64,000 nucleotides of DNA from Candidatus Eremiobacteria bacterium (GTDB lineage: Bacteria > Vulcanimicrobiota > Vulcanimicrobiia > Vulcanimicrobiales > Vulcanimicrobiaceae): contig CAVTRC010000001.1 in assembly GCA_963737065.1 (NCBI GenBank), positions 1,088,001 to 1,152,000 on the forward strand. The letters are read 5' to 3'. A program made the position numbers and the translations under genes. The notes under the pieces were generated by a model. It worked only from the letters and a program-made list of their open reading frames with translations, was not told where the DNA came from and did not search any database. Positions within the stretch are counted from its first letter, which is position 1; every line of letters begins with the position of its first letter. Below, piece by piece: positions 1 through 10,279 of the stretch.

Positions 1-364
1 TGATTGAGCACCGGCCGGCTGCTGCCGAGGGCGACGACTGAAATGCCCGATAAGTGCGCTTATCTTGCATTCTTGGCCAGACGTCAGGTTGACGTAACGA
101 ATATTTGGCCGATTTCCGTCGGTGTCGTTGCTGAATGCTGCGCGCCTCAGTTGCGTGCGGTGCAGGATGTTGGCCTGAATAACCACAGAATCGGCGCGTT
201 TTCCGTTTCGCGCGGGACGTGCCGATGTCGGCTGCGGGGCTGGCGGGATCCGCGGCCTCGCAGCTTTTCACGAGATCGGCGTGCTGTGAAGGACACGTCG
301 ATGGCCGGTGGCGGCGCGCGTTGCCAGCAAGCGTGCGCCCGCCGGCCTCAAAACCAACCGAATC

Positions 365-740
365 GGGCGCGAGGTGGAAGCGCGTCCGCCTGTCGGCGGG
401 CTGTTCCGGCCGGTTACGGTTCCCGGTATGCGAGCGCCCGCCGGCTTTTTTCTTGGATCGGCAGGCAGCCATGGGGCTTGCCGTTCGCGGGGCGCGGCGC
501 TCTGCCCACCTCGGGTGCCGTGTCGGGGCCGGCTGGGCTGTTACCCTTCGCGGGCGCGGCCGGCCTCACCTCGCGTCCATGCCAAAACAGCCACAGGGAG
601 GCCCCGTACAGGCCCTTGGGGCGTTCCCGGCACCCCAAGCCCGCGGACGTGCGGCGAGGGCTGCCACGCCTCAGCGCTGGCGAACCTCCGCTCAAAAGAT
701 CGGAGGTCTGGGCGGGGCGGATCACTCCGTTTCCGGAGCT
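365..740 (+). other. Hairpin-dense non-coding tract (candidate structured RNA or leader)
   Basis: Successive stems at 365-387, 392-445 (followed by T6), 460-482, 491-524, 525-567, 615-639, 684-707 and 725-738. No convincing CDS. Confidence 0.35.
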
Positions 741-749
741 TGGTGAAGC

Positions 750-971
750 ATGAACGAACGCCAGCACGAGGTTGAGCATCGGCGAGCGGCCTACCGGGTG
801 GCATCTGCCCTCCGACGGCACCATCCCGGCAGGACGGCGCACGTCTTGAGCCGTTGGGCCGAGCTTTGCGCGCAGGCTGAGCGTCTGCCGGCTGGCGAGG
901 CGCTGCGCCACCATTGGGCGCTGGCGCGGGACGAATTTGCCAGTTTGGACGACGAAGGGCACCGGGGATGA
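750..971 (+). CDS. Hypothetical protein
   Basis: ATG start with GGAG upstream; its stop overlaps the next ATG (ATGA at 968-971). Confidence 0.5.
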   Translation: MNERQHEVEHRRAAYRVASALRRHHPGRTAHVLSRWAELCAQAERLPAGEALRHHWALARDEFASLDDEGHRG

Positions 972-1220
972 CGCACGCGGGCAGCATGACCGAGGCGCAA
1001 TGGAAAGCGGCGCGTGCCCGGCTCCGGGACGGCTCGCTGCCGGCAGGCGGCGTCACATCCGCGCCAGTTCCACGCCGCCCGCATCGACCAGCAGCACCAG
1101 CAGCGCGGCCCGTGCGCCGTCGCCGGCACCGATGCGAGGCAAGCCTGCCATGGGGACGCCGAGCAGTATGCAGCCGCGCGCAGGGCGATTGCGCGTGGTG
1201 AGCCGGCGCCGACTTCCTGA
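968..1220 (+). pseudogene. Small phage-type protein, apparently frameshifted
   Basis: Similar motifs MTEAQWKAARARL and DAEQYAAARRAI lie in different frames. Confidence 0.35.
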
Positions 1221-1224
1221 CGAT

Positions 1225-1452
1225 GCTGGAAACCTGGGAAGCGGCCGAGAAGTGGCTGACTGAATCACGCCCTGCCGTGAAAATCCGCAAGTCATTGAAA
1301 TCGCTAGGCTTTTGGGGTAGGTGAGGCTTGATGGGAAGGCTAATGACACGGCTGATGCTTTGCTGGAGACGTGGGAAGCGGCCGAGAAGTGGCTGACTGA
1401 ATTCCGCCCTGCCGGAAAAAATCCGCAGATCGTTGACGTTGCTAGGCTTTTA
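1225..1452. repeat. Imperfect tandem duplication (about 90 bp, 137-bp offset)
   Basis: TGGGAAGCGGCCGAGAAGTGGCTGACTGAAT is identical at 1235-1265 and 1372-1402, and similarity continues to GCTAGGCTTTT in both copies. Confidence 0.9.
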
Positions 1453-1523
1453 AGGGGGCTGAAGGTCAGCAATGCTGCCAAACGGGCACCGGGGCCCGCT
1501 AATGCGAAACAGGAACGAAAGCC

Positions 1524-2125
1524 ATGACACCGGAATACGAACGCCTCATTGACCATGGTCTGCCTGCGCGTGCTCGCGAGGCGTACGAGGATGCGCACAA
1601 GCGTCGTGGTGAGACCGCGGAGCTGTTGCAGCGAGCCCGGCGCAAGGTGGCGATGCGCATTTGGCGAAGCGGGACCTCGTCGCGCACGAAGCCAGCGGCG
1701 CCAAGGTATCGGGCCAGCAGGCGGCTGCGGCCAAGCAGGCCATCGAAGATGTTGAGGCGCATGCTGAGCATCTTGAGCAGTTGCTAGCGGCGCTGGACAA
1801 GCAGCTTCCAGAGCTGGAGCAAGAGTTGCTGAAGGCGGAGGGGCAGAGCTACGTCCCGGTGCTGAATGCTGCGATCGACGAGCAGATTGCGATTGCGGCT
1901 AGGTTTGATGTGAAGAGTGCGGAGCTGGCTGCGATCGTGGCCGAAGGCAACGAGACGCGTGCTGTGATACAGGAGTGCCTGCTGCACAACTGCCCGTTGC
2001 CGGCGCATTTGCGGGCTGATTTTGGTGGCAAGCTGGGTAATTTGCCGGTTGCGATGCCGATGCAGGGCGAGGCGGCCGAGCGCGCCCTCTGGCGCAGACA
2101 TGCGGTGCGCGAGGCGGCGGAGTAG
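1524..2125 (+). pseudogene. Coiled-coil hypothetical protein, frameshift near 1650
   Basis: ORF 1524 (MTPEYERL...) continues as the helical, A/E/Q-rich ORF 1661-2125 in another frame. Confidence 0.5.
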
Positions 2126-2133
2126 TTGCGGTC

Positions 2134-2445
2134 GTGGCCAAGGGCCGTGCGTCCATTCGGAAGCTGCGCAAGCAGGCGGAGCAGCGCAATCAGCGCGAGG
2201 TGGAGCGGCGCAGGGCGAAGGAAGCGCGGGACGCTGCCCGAAGGATCGCAATGACTGAGCTAGAGCCCGCCATTGCTGTTGAGCGTCAATGCCGGTGTTG
2301 CCGGAACTGGTCGGCGGACGACGACGGGGATGGGCGGGGTTGTTGCGTCTTTCTGCTCAACGACCGAGCGGCGCGCGGGTGGCGCACGTTGCCTGGTGAT
2401 ACGTGCGACGCGTGGCGGCCCGATAATGACGCCGCACGCGGGTGA
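2134..2445 (+). CDS. Small Cys-rich hypothetical protein (alternative start 2251)
   Basis: CRCC...CC...C pattern; overlaps the terminase start. Confidence 0.4.
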   Translation: MAKGRASIRKLRKQAEQRNQREVERRRAKEARDAARRIAMTELEPAIAVERQCRCCRNWSADDDGDGRGCCVFLLNDRAARGWRTLPGDTCDAWRPDNDAARG

Positions 2446-3777
2446 CATTGCCGACGAGCTTGCATCTCTGACCGATGATGAATTGCGTACGGTTTTTGGC
2501 GGCCTGACGCCGCAGCAGCGTGAGCATGTCAAGTATATCTGGCGCCTTTGGGCTCGGCCGGATCAGTTGCCGCCGGAGGGGAGTTGGCGTGTTCACCTAC
2601 TTCTTGGCGGGAGGGCATCCGGGAAGACCCGGGCTGCCTCTGAGTTCATCCGCAACGAGGCGGAGAGCGGACGGCACATCCAGATTGGCGTAATCGGGCC
2701 GACGATGGATGCGGTGAGGCGCGTTCAAATCGAGGGGCCGAGCGGCATTCTGGCCGTAGCGCCGCCGTGGTGCCGACCGGTTTACGAGCCATCGACCAGG
2801 CGCTTGGTTTGGCCGAACGGTGCGATCGCGCATTTGTTCAGCGGGGAGGAGCCGGAGCGTCTCAGGGGGCCAAATCTCTCTCTCATGTGGATCGATGAGC
2901 TGTGCGCGTGCGCTGTAGGCACACAAGAGACGTTATGGAACATGGCGATGATGGCGTTGCGGGTGAACGGGCCGAAGGGTGCGTTGCCCAGGTGCATTGT
3001 CAGCACGACGCCGAAGGCCACGAAGCTGCTCAGAGAAATAGTGGCGGCGCCGACGACGGTGGTGACGAAGAGCCGGACGCTGGACAATGCGCCTAACCTC
3101 GATGCGAGCACGCTCAAGTATCTGACTGACAAATACGCCAACACGACGCTGGGCCGGCAGGAGCTAGAGGCGGAAATTCTGGACGATGTTGAAGGTGCGT
3201 TGTGAATCGGGCGATGCTGGACGAGTGCCGTGTGCCGAAGGTTGATCTTTCGTTTCTACGTCGCGTTGTGGTGGCGGTGGACCCTGCTGGCGGGACGAGC
3301 AAGGGCAGTGCCGAGACAGGGATTGTAGTTGCCGGCGTCGGCGAGGACGGGCATTGCTACGTGCTGGCCGACATGAGCGGGCACTTCAGTCCGGACCGTT
3401 GGGCACGGCGCGCGATTGACGCTTATCACCAATACCGGGCAGACCGCATCGTCGCAGAAGCCAACTTCGGCGGCGAAATGGTGCGCGAGACCATCCGGGC
3501 GGCGGGTACTGCGGCGATACCGGTAACGCTGGTGAGCGCCAGCCGAGGCAAGCAATTGCGTGCGGAACCGGTGGTGGCCCTCTACGAACAGTCGCGCGCA
3601 CACCACGTTGGCAGCCCGCTGTCGGGATTAGAGGATCAGATGTGTCAGTGGTGCCCGACCGAGCCGGGACCGTCGCCCGATCGCGTCGATGCGCTGGTTT
3701 GGTCCGCGACCGAACTGATGCTGGCGGCGCAGGTCCGACCGGCGCGGTTTACCAACATCGATTGGATTCAGCGGTGA
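2426..3777 (+). pseudogene. terL: Phage terminase large subunit, split by a 1-nt deletion at about 3204
   Basis: Walker A GGRASGKT, Walker B MWIDE, coupling motif STTP, and nuclease motifs VDPA, EANFGG and SPDRVDALVW. GCG TTG TGA ATC would read A-L-W-N if one G is restored. Confidence 0.9.
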
Positions 3778-3947
3778 CGAAAAGCGCAGACGCACATTCG
3801 GACGTTTACGAGGCGGCCCTTGCGCTGTTGCGTGCGATCGCGGAAGACCCGATGCTGCGTCCGTCGCATCGCCTGCAGGCGCGGCAGCAGCTCCGAAAGT
3901 TGTTGCAGCCTAAACCTGACGACAGCGATGCGAGCGCGAGCGCGTGA
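3774..3947 (+). CDS. Small hypothetical protein
   Basis: GTG overlaps the terL stop (GTGA); helical 57 aa. Confidence 0.4.
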   Translation: MTKSADAHSDVYEAALALLRAIAEDPMLRPSHRLQARQQLRKLLQPKPDDSDASASA

Positions 3948-4311
3948 CGGACAGCCGCAGAAGGGCAGCTCCAGATTGATTACACTAGTTGTTGAGCGTC
4001 GGCATGCCCGCCATGCTGCCGTGGGCCTTTGACCACGGCATGGCGCAGCACATATCCCCGCCATCAGCAAATTCCTGGGGGCTGTCGATCGGAAGCGCCT
4101 TATCGGCGGGCGGCCCCCAGGTGACGCTTTGTGGTCAAAGAAAGCCAGCATTGCGCTGCCCGGCGATTGCGCCCGATGGTCGCATCCGACAAAGCCTCGC
4201 TCTGAGGTGATCGGCGCACGCCAAATTCTCTGTGAAGAATCACCCGGCTGGCATTGCGGCAACTCCATGAGATGTTCCATCCCCTCCGGACTTCTTGGCC
4301 GAGGTCCTGGT

Positions 4312-4512
4312 ATGAAGCCGCAGTGTCCTCCCGACCAGAAACTATCGGAAGCGCAGCGTCGTGAGGCCGAGCGCGCACAGCGGCGTTTGGTCAGTCTCCA
4401 GACCGCGCTGGTCATCGCGCGTGGCCAGGAGATACTGGGGCGGGCGCGCGCAGTTTCGAGCGATGTGCGCCAGCACCTAAATCGGCTACAACAGCAAGGC
4501 TACCTGAACTGA
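4312..4512 (+). CDS. Small hypothetical protein
   Basis: ATG after GAGG; helical 66 aa. Confidence 0.35.
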   Translation: MKPQCPPDQKLSEAQRREAERAQRRLVSLQTALVIARGQEILGRARAVSSDVRQHLNRLQQQGYLN

Positions 4513-4950
4513 ATCCGGGCAGACCGGAACCGGATTGCCGGGCACGCCGCGCAGCGCCGGGGAAGACCCGCGACGCGTCCCGTGGCGTCCAAGCCCGGTT
4601 TTCGCAGAGCCAGCATTGCGCCCTGCGGTGATTGTGTCCGAACCCCGCCCCGCTAGATTCCCCGCATGTCCAAGCCTCCGCGTATCGTCACGGCCCGCCC
4701 GCCGAGCCGGATCAAGCGCCCGAAGGCCCAGGCCGCTGCTGTGGAGCCCAAGCCCGGGCAGTGGTGAGAGCCGGCCGGCGCTGTGATCGCGGCACTCACT
4801 CGCTTGTCCCGCTTCCGAAAGCTGTCTAACCGTTGGACATCTTGCGGAAACGCACTATGCGCAACCGTTTGCGGGAAGCGGGTCATCAGGGCGGCGGCCC
4901 CGCGCGAGCACATGTTCGCTCGGTCTCTGTCAAAGCGAGTGGGATTGCAG

Positions 4951-5931
4951 ATGCCTGTTCCTCGCCACACCAAAAATACCGATGCTGGACGGGCGGATGC
5001 CACTCGGAGATTGGACATTCCGGCGTCGGCCCGACCTTGCCGTTTGGCCTGGATCGACGCGACGGGGATTGGTGCGATCCACTTGATCGCACTGCTTGCG
5101 TTCGTGCCCTGGTTCTTTAGTTGGACCGGAGTAGTCCTGGCACTTCTGGGACTCTATGTATTCGGCACGCTCGGGATCAGCCTATGCTTTCATCGTATGC
5201 TGACCCACCGCAGCGTCGTCTGCCCAATATGGTTCGAACACTCCCTTGCCATCCTTGGTTTGTGCTGTGTCCAGGACACCCCGGCTCGCTGGGTCGGCAT
5301 ACACCGGCGGCATCACGAGCATGCCGATGAACAGCCGGACCCTCATAGTCCGCTTGCTGGCTTCCTTTGGGCGCATCTCGGTTGGATGATCTTCAGAAAC
5401 CGAGATATAACCCGCATCAGGTTGGTCACGCGCTATGCCAAGGACGTTATGCGGGACCCTTTCTACGCCAAGCTGGAGCAGAACTTCCGCTGGGTCCGGG
5501 TGGTACTGATCTCATGGTTGGGTTTCTTTGCCGGTGCGTTCCTCGTTGAACTGGTTCTAGGGAGCAGCGCGCTGGGCGCAATTCAATTCGGCCTCAGCGT
5601 GCTGATCTGGGGCGTATTCGTTCGCACGATTCTCGTTTGGCACATCACCTGGTCCGTCAATTCTGTGACGCATATGTGGGGCTATCGCAACTACGAAACC
5701 GGTGAATCCAGTCGCAACAATCTGATCATTGGCTTCCTCAGCAACGGCGAAGGCTGGCACAACAATCATCATGCCGCCCCGCGTTCGGCGCGCTTCGGTC
5801 ATCGGTGGTGGGAATTGGACACGACGTGGTTAACGATCCGACTTTTCTCTGCACTTGGCCTCGCGCGGAAGATCGTAACGCCATATCCTTCACTTGCAAT
5901 CACAAGGGACGTGGATCGGCATGGCGTTTAA
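4951..5931 (+). CDS. Delta-9-type fatty acid desaturase
   Basis: His boxes HRMLTH, HRRHH and GEGWHNNHH, plus DPHSP, VNSVTH and TM segments. Confidence 0.93.
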   Translation: MPVPRHTKNTDAGRADATRRLDIPASARPCRLAWIDATGIGAIHLIALLAFVPWFFSWTGVVLALLGLYVFGTLGISLCFHRMLTHRSVVCPIWFEHSLAILGLCCVQDTPARWVGIHRRHHEHADEQPDPHSPLAGFLWAHLGWMIFRNRDITRIRLVTRYAKDVMRDPFYAKLEQNFRWVRVVLISWLGFFAGAFLVELVLGSSALGAIQFGLSVLIWGVFVRTILVWHITWSVNSVTHMWGYRNYETGESSRNNLIIGFLSNGEGWHNNHHAAPRSARFGHRWWELDTTWLTIRLFSALGLARKIVTPYPSLAITRDVDRHGV

Positions 5932-6116
5932 CCCCCTACCGGCGTCCATTCTTTTTGCGTGATATGCATCAAACGTGGTAGCCCGCGCTGAAATCAAGAA
6001 TTAGTAGCAGGCGGTTTAACGTAGTTGATGATTGCCGCTCCGGCCGCTCGTGGCGTAGTGTTCCTCGCAACAATGCAAGAAGTGCCTTAGCGTCTACCCA
6101 GTCGAGGAGATTCAGC

Positions 6117-6620
6117 ATGCATAGTCACCTGAACGTTTGCGGCGTCGCGACCGCCGCTGTAGCGCTTTCGGTAATCTTGCCAGCCGCTTTGGCGCAAGGG
6201 AGCACTTTTACATCCACTTGTCAGGAGATACGTAGCGGCGCGCCCGGGCCGCGCGGAGATCGCGAAGGCGATTTGATCTCGGTTGAGCAGGATCGTTGTC
6301 ACGTTGATTCAGGCCCGCTGATCGGAGGCGTCTTGGTCGAAGCAATTATTTGGGAATGGGACAAGACGAAGACGAACGCCGTTCTGCTCTCAGGCAGCGG
6401 CGTCATCCGCAAACCGGGTTCAACGGTAGCCTTTCAGATCACAGAGGGGAAGCTCGCGGTGACGATCACCGACGGCAAAGTCACCGGCGCCACAAGTTCG
6501 GGTCGAGGCAACGACGGGGTAGCAACTGGCGGCGCCGCATCGCTGGCTGGCAAATCGTATACTTGGTCGACAAAGTCAACTGGAAGATTACAGTTTGTGC
6601 TCGATGTCGAGATGGAGTAG
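6117..6620 (+). CDS. Secreted beta-rich hypothetical protein
   Basis: GAGGAG RBS; signal peptide ending ALA. Confidence 0.7.
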   Translation: MHSHLNVCGVATAAVALSVILPAALAQGSTFTSTCQEIRSGAPGPRGDREGDLISVEQDRCHVDSGPLIGGVLVEAIIWEWDKTKTNAVLLSGSGVIRKPGSTVAFQITEGKLAVTITDGKVTGATSSGRGNDGVATGGAASLAGKSYTWSTKSTGRLQFVLDVEME

Positions 6621-6699
6621 CGCGGGCGCGGCCGGCGTTCCGTCGAAACCGGTCGCCCATGCTGATTGCCGCGGCTGCATGCCCCGCCTTCTGAGATGC

Positions 6700-7771
6700 T
6701 CATCCTGATGCCGACCAGGGCAGGAGCACGATCTTGCCCCCGAGCCCTCCGGCATCAATGCGGGCATGGACCTCCTGCGCAGCAGTGAGCGGCAAGCGAT
6801 CAACGACGACAGGGTGGATGGCGCCACCCACGCAGCAAATCGAAGAGCGTGGCCATGTCGGCCTTGAACTCTTCTGGCTGCGACGAGCGCCTGTCGGTGA
6901 TGCTATACCATGTTGCGCGACGGCCACCCAACAGGGTGCCCAGTGCGCCCCAGAGTTTGAGACGAGCCAAACCCAGCCCGGCGGCAAGCAAGCCTTCTCG
7001 CCCGATTGCCATCGTTTGCGATCCATAGCCGACGAGTAAGCCGCCAGGTGCGAGACAAGCGAAAGAGCGGCCGAAGTGCGTCCCTCCGATCGCGTCAAAG
7101 GCGACATCGACGCCGTTTCCCCCCTCGCGCCCTGACGTGAGCCGGCGCACGGATGCGACGAAGTCGCCGGCCCGATAGTCAACCGCGGTAGCACCGAAGC
7201 GCTCGACCACAGACATGTTGATGGCCGAGCACGTCCCTATCGCCATGAGGCCAAGGTGCCGTGCAAGATCGAGTAGTGCGGTGCCGACCGTTCCCGATGC
7301 GCCGATCACGAGGATCATCGCTCCTGGCCGCAAGCGCTTGCAGCGGGTCAGCATCTGGAATGCGGTGAGATAGGCGAGCGGAATGCAAACCGCCTCAGCG
7401 GAATCCACGCTATCCGGAACCGGCACGAGAAAGCGCGCTGGGCGGATTGCATACTGTGCGTATCCGCCGGTAACGCAGAGATCGGCGACCAACTGACCTT
7501 CCGTCGGCGAAACAACGCCGGGGCCTGCTTTCTCGACGACGCCCACGAGTTCGCAGCCCGGCGTGAACGGCAGCGGTCCCTTGAAGTCCGGGTAACGGCC
7601 GCGGCGTATGAAACTATCGGTAAAGCCGGTTCCAGCGGCGATGACCTTGATGCGAACCTCGCCGGGACCTCATCCTCCCCTTCGGACCGGGGTCGGGAAT
7701 GCTCGGCTGTTCCGCCATCTCCAGGACCTCGGGACCCCGAACCGAGCGATACGAATGTGTTGCCACGACAT
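6700..7771 (-). pseudogene. Medium-chain dehydrogenase/reductase (quinone oxidoreductase type), frameshifted
   Basis: Fragments MSWQHIRIARFG, GPEVLE, GEVRIKV..PFTPG, IGASGTVG and GKIVL lie in different frames (shifts near 7735, 7670 and 6825). Confidence 0.85.
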
Positions 7772-8364
7772 GATCACACCATAAGAAGGATCGATCTTGG
7801 ACAGGTGATCGCCATTGCAGGCAGCTATTCGACCACGGACAAGCCGTCGATGAAAAGGTCATCGCCTGTGCAGAAATGGTTGGTTAATCCCCGATCAGGA
7901 CTGCACCGATGCGGTGAAATCTCGCCGCACAAACTGCCGGGTCCGCCGTGATTTCGCCTGGCCGCGATCCTGTGCGCCGCCATGATGGCGACGAGCGTTG
8001 AGAGCTAAGTCTCTGACAAACCAGTTAGAACTAAACCGATATGGCGGAAGGTATATCCGTCATCACCGAGATCGGCGCTGTCACTGCGGCGCCGTTTGCC
8101 GGCGGGCGGCGCGATCCGTTCATCGTATCCGTCGCGCGGCTGTTCCCGGACCGCGACACGGCAGTCGCCAGCAAGCGGGCCGGCACATGAGAATGCCAGC
8201 AGTTCTCGTGCTGGCGCTGGGCGTGGCTTCCATGGTGCTGCTGCTGGCGCCCGTGCTGTTCCTACAGACCGCGCTACCGGCCGCGCCAGAACTCGGCCAT
8301 CTTTTCCGCGCGCCGCACAGGGCGATCGCGTGCAGCAGCACACCAGCGACGAAAGGGCGGGCGG

Positions 8365-8742
8365 GTGAAGCCACATGATAGGCTTCGTGAGCTGATGGAG
8401 GATCGCGGGCTCACACAAGCCGAATTGGCACGCCTGGTCGGCACGACACGTCAGCAGATTTATAGGTTCGCCACCGGACAACTGCGGATCAGCCCAGAAT
8501 GGGCTGAGAAGATGGCGCCTCATCTCGGCGTTCGGTGGCAGGACATCTTTGATCGGGCGGCGAAGAAAGAGCCGGCCCGGCAGACGGTGCCCCACACTCG
8601 GCGCGTCGTGCAGATAGCGTCCGTCAAAGCGTCTTTTCTCGTCGCCCTGTGCGACGATGGCACGATTTGGTTCACGACCTCCCCGGACGGCCCATGGAAG
8701 CCGTTCTCCCTCCCGCCAGGAGCCAAGCCGTCCCATGAGTAG
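8365..8742 (+). CDS. XRE-family HTH regulator
   Basis: LRELMEDRGLTQAELARLVGTTRQQIYRF HTH_3 pattern. Confidence 0.85.
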   Translation: MKPHDRLRELMEDRGLTQAELARLVGTTRQQIYRFATGQLRISPEWAEKMAPHLGVRWQDIFDRAAKKEPARQTVPHTRRVVQIASVKASFLVALCDDGTIWFTTSPDGPWKPFSLPPGAKPSHE

Positions 8743-9154
8743 GGGCATCCGCCCATACGGCGGCCTGTTCGTCGGCCGCCGTCGCCCCCGCATCTACGGC
8801 GGCCTGTATCTGCGCCTGCCCGGCGGCGGCGCGCTCGGCATGAATTACCATGGCCGGGTGTGGTTCAAGCAGTCGTTCTGCCGCACCCGTGGCGGCTCCC
8901 GCACCACGCGCATCGTAGGCGCCGCCGTGCTAATGGCGATCCTGCTGGCGCTGCTGGCGGTGGCGCTTGCCCTCTCGGCGCCCGCTGCCGAGACGACCTG
9001 CTACGAGGCGACCTTGCCTGGCTCCGAGCCATACGAGGCGGCGCGCAATCAGGCCGAGCTGCCGGTGCAGCAGGACGAGCGCGAGGAGCGGGCGGCGGCG
9101 TTGTACTGGGCGTGCCGGGAGGGGCAGGGCGGGTGGGATTATCCGACAAAATAA
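8735..9154 (+). CDS. Hypothetical membrane or exported protein
   Basis: ATG overlaps the end of the previous gene; hydrophobic stretch and two Cys. Start is uncertain. Confidence 0.4.
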   Translation: MSRGIRPYGGLFVGRRRPRIYGGLYLRLPGGGALGMNYHGRVWFKQSFCRTRGGSRTTRIVGAAVLMAILLALLAVALALSAPAAETTCYEATLPGSEPYEAARNQAELPVQQDEREERAAALYWACREGQGGWDYPTK

Positions 9155-9468
9155 GGACCAGTCGAAACGCGGCCGGCCTCACGCAAAGGGAAGTTGCCAG
9201 GCAAATGCGGGTGTCGCCGAGCGCTGTGGCCCAGTGGGAGAGCGGCGACACTAAGCCTAAGATGACCACGCGGGCCGATTTGGCGCGGGTGCTTAGCGTT
9301 CATTTCCTGGATTTGCTCCCCGAAAGTGCTGAGGTCGGGGACGGGCTGCTTGTCCGAGGCAAAGAAGAACAAGCGTTGGTGCAGATGTTCAGGCGACTGC
9401 CTGAACAAGTGCGTTCGACAACCCTGGCGTTGCTCGCCGCGATCTTGGACGAGCTGAACTCCCGCTAG
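9133..9468 (+). CDS. XRE-family HTH regulator
   Basis: IRTSRNAAGLTQREVARQMRVSPSAVAQWESG...P. Confidence 0.85.
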   Translation: MGLSDKIRTSRNAAGLTQREVARQMRVSPSAVAQWESGDTKPKMTTRADLARVLSVHFLDLLPESAEVGDGLLVRGKEEQALVQMFRRLPEQVRSTTLALLAAILDELNSR

Positions 9469-9884
9469 CGACCTCCCCGCCACCAGCGACGGAACCGACC
9501 GCGGCGACGAATGACCCGCCGTTCCGCCTCCAGGGTCTCGATCCTGGCCAGTAGTCGATCACGCTCGGCCCGCAGGTCAGTAACATGGCCCTCTAAAGCC
9601 TTGATCGTGGCCGATTGTCCGCTCCCGACATCGCGCCTGATATCGGGGCCGGCAGCATCCCCGGCGTCGCGCCCGGCATCATGGTTGACAACATCCCCGG
9701 CGTCGGCCCTGACGGCATCCAGGGCAGCTTGAGGCACGCCCACCCGGGCGCGGCCATCATTGCCCGGTTGTCGGGGCCAACGGGCACGGGCTGCCCTCCG
9801 ACGCACGCTGGCACCGCTGATCTTCAAAGCGGCGGCTGCATCATCGTACGTCATCCACCTGCGATCGACCCCGTCGTCATTCAT
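9465..9884 (-). CDS. HTH plus coiled-coil hypothetical protein of mobile elements
   Basis: WMTYDDAAAALKISGASVRRRA N-terminus, coiled coil and RWW tail. Confidence 0.65.
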   Translation of the reverse strand: MNDDGVDRRWMTYDDAAAALKISGASVRRRAARARWPRQPGNDGRARVGVPQAALDAVRADAGDVVNHDAGRDAGDAAGPDIRRDVGSGQSATIKALEGHVTDLRAERDRLLARIETLEAERRVIRRRGRFRRWWRGGR

Positions 9885-9934
9885 GTCGTCGGCGCCTGAC
9901 AGCTTGAATTGCGTCGGGGCAAGGCGGGACGTGC

Positions 9935-10261
9935 TCACGAAGGTGAGAGATGGGGCGCGATTTGAGCCAGATCAAGCCGGCTGGCGCCGGTGGGGAGGAT
10001 GGCGCAGCCAGTAAGTGGATAAACTTGCAGGATGGTTGCAATGCAGAAGCACCCAGCCGACACGGCGGCAAAGGTCGCGGCCCGCTTGTTAAGCCTCATA
10101 GAGGTGCCCAAGGCGGTGAAGAACGGGTGATCTGAAGGATAGTCGATAATGTAGGTCACGAAGGGCGGTAATCTGACCGCCGCAGACTGATACCACTTCC
10201 ACGCGGCGAGCCCCGCCGTCAGTGCACTGGCAAGATTTAGCAAGAAGATAAGCGTCGCCAT
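9935..10261 (-). CDS. Small membrane protein
   Basis: Two hydrophobic helices. Confidence 0.55.
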   Translation of the reverse strand: MATLIFLLNLASALTAGLAAWKWYQSAAVRLPPFVTYIIDYPSDHPFFTALGTSMRLNKRAATFAAVSAGCFCIATILQVYPLTGCAILPTGASRLDLAQIAPHLSPS

Positions 10262-10279
10262 TCCAAACCGGGGGCAACG

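Noticed and set aside
4..775. Long ORFs in several frames
   Set aside because: Arg/Ala/Pro-rich, no motifs; typical of chance ORFs in GC-rich DNA.
1225..1452. CRISPR array (31-bp identical repeat)
   Set aside because: Only two copies, similar intervening sequence, a 137-bp period and no cas genes.
9640..9720. Short repeats CATCCCCGGCGTCG as iterons
   Set aside because: They fall within a CDS and encode a low-complexity DAGD linker.
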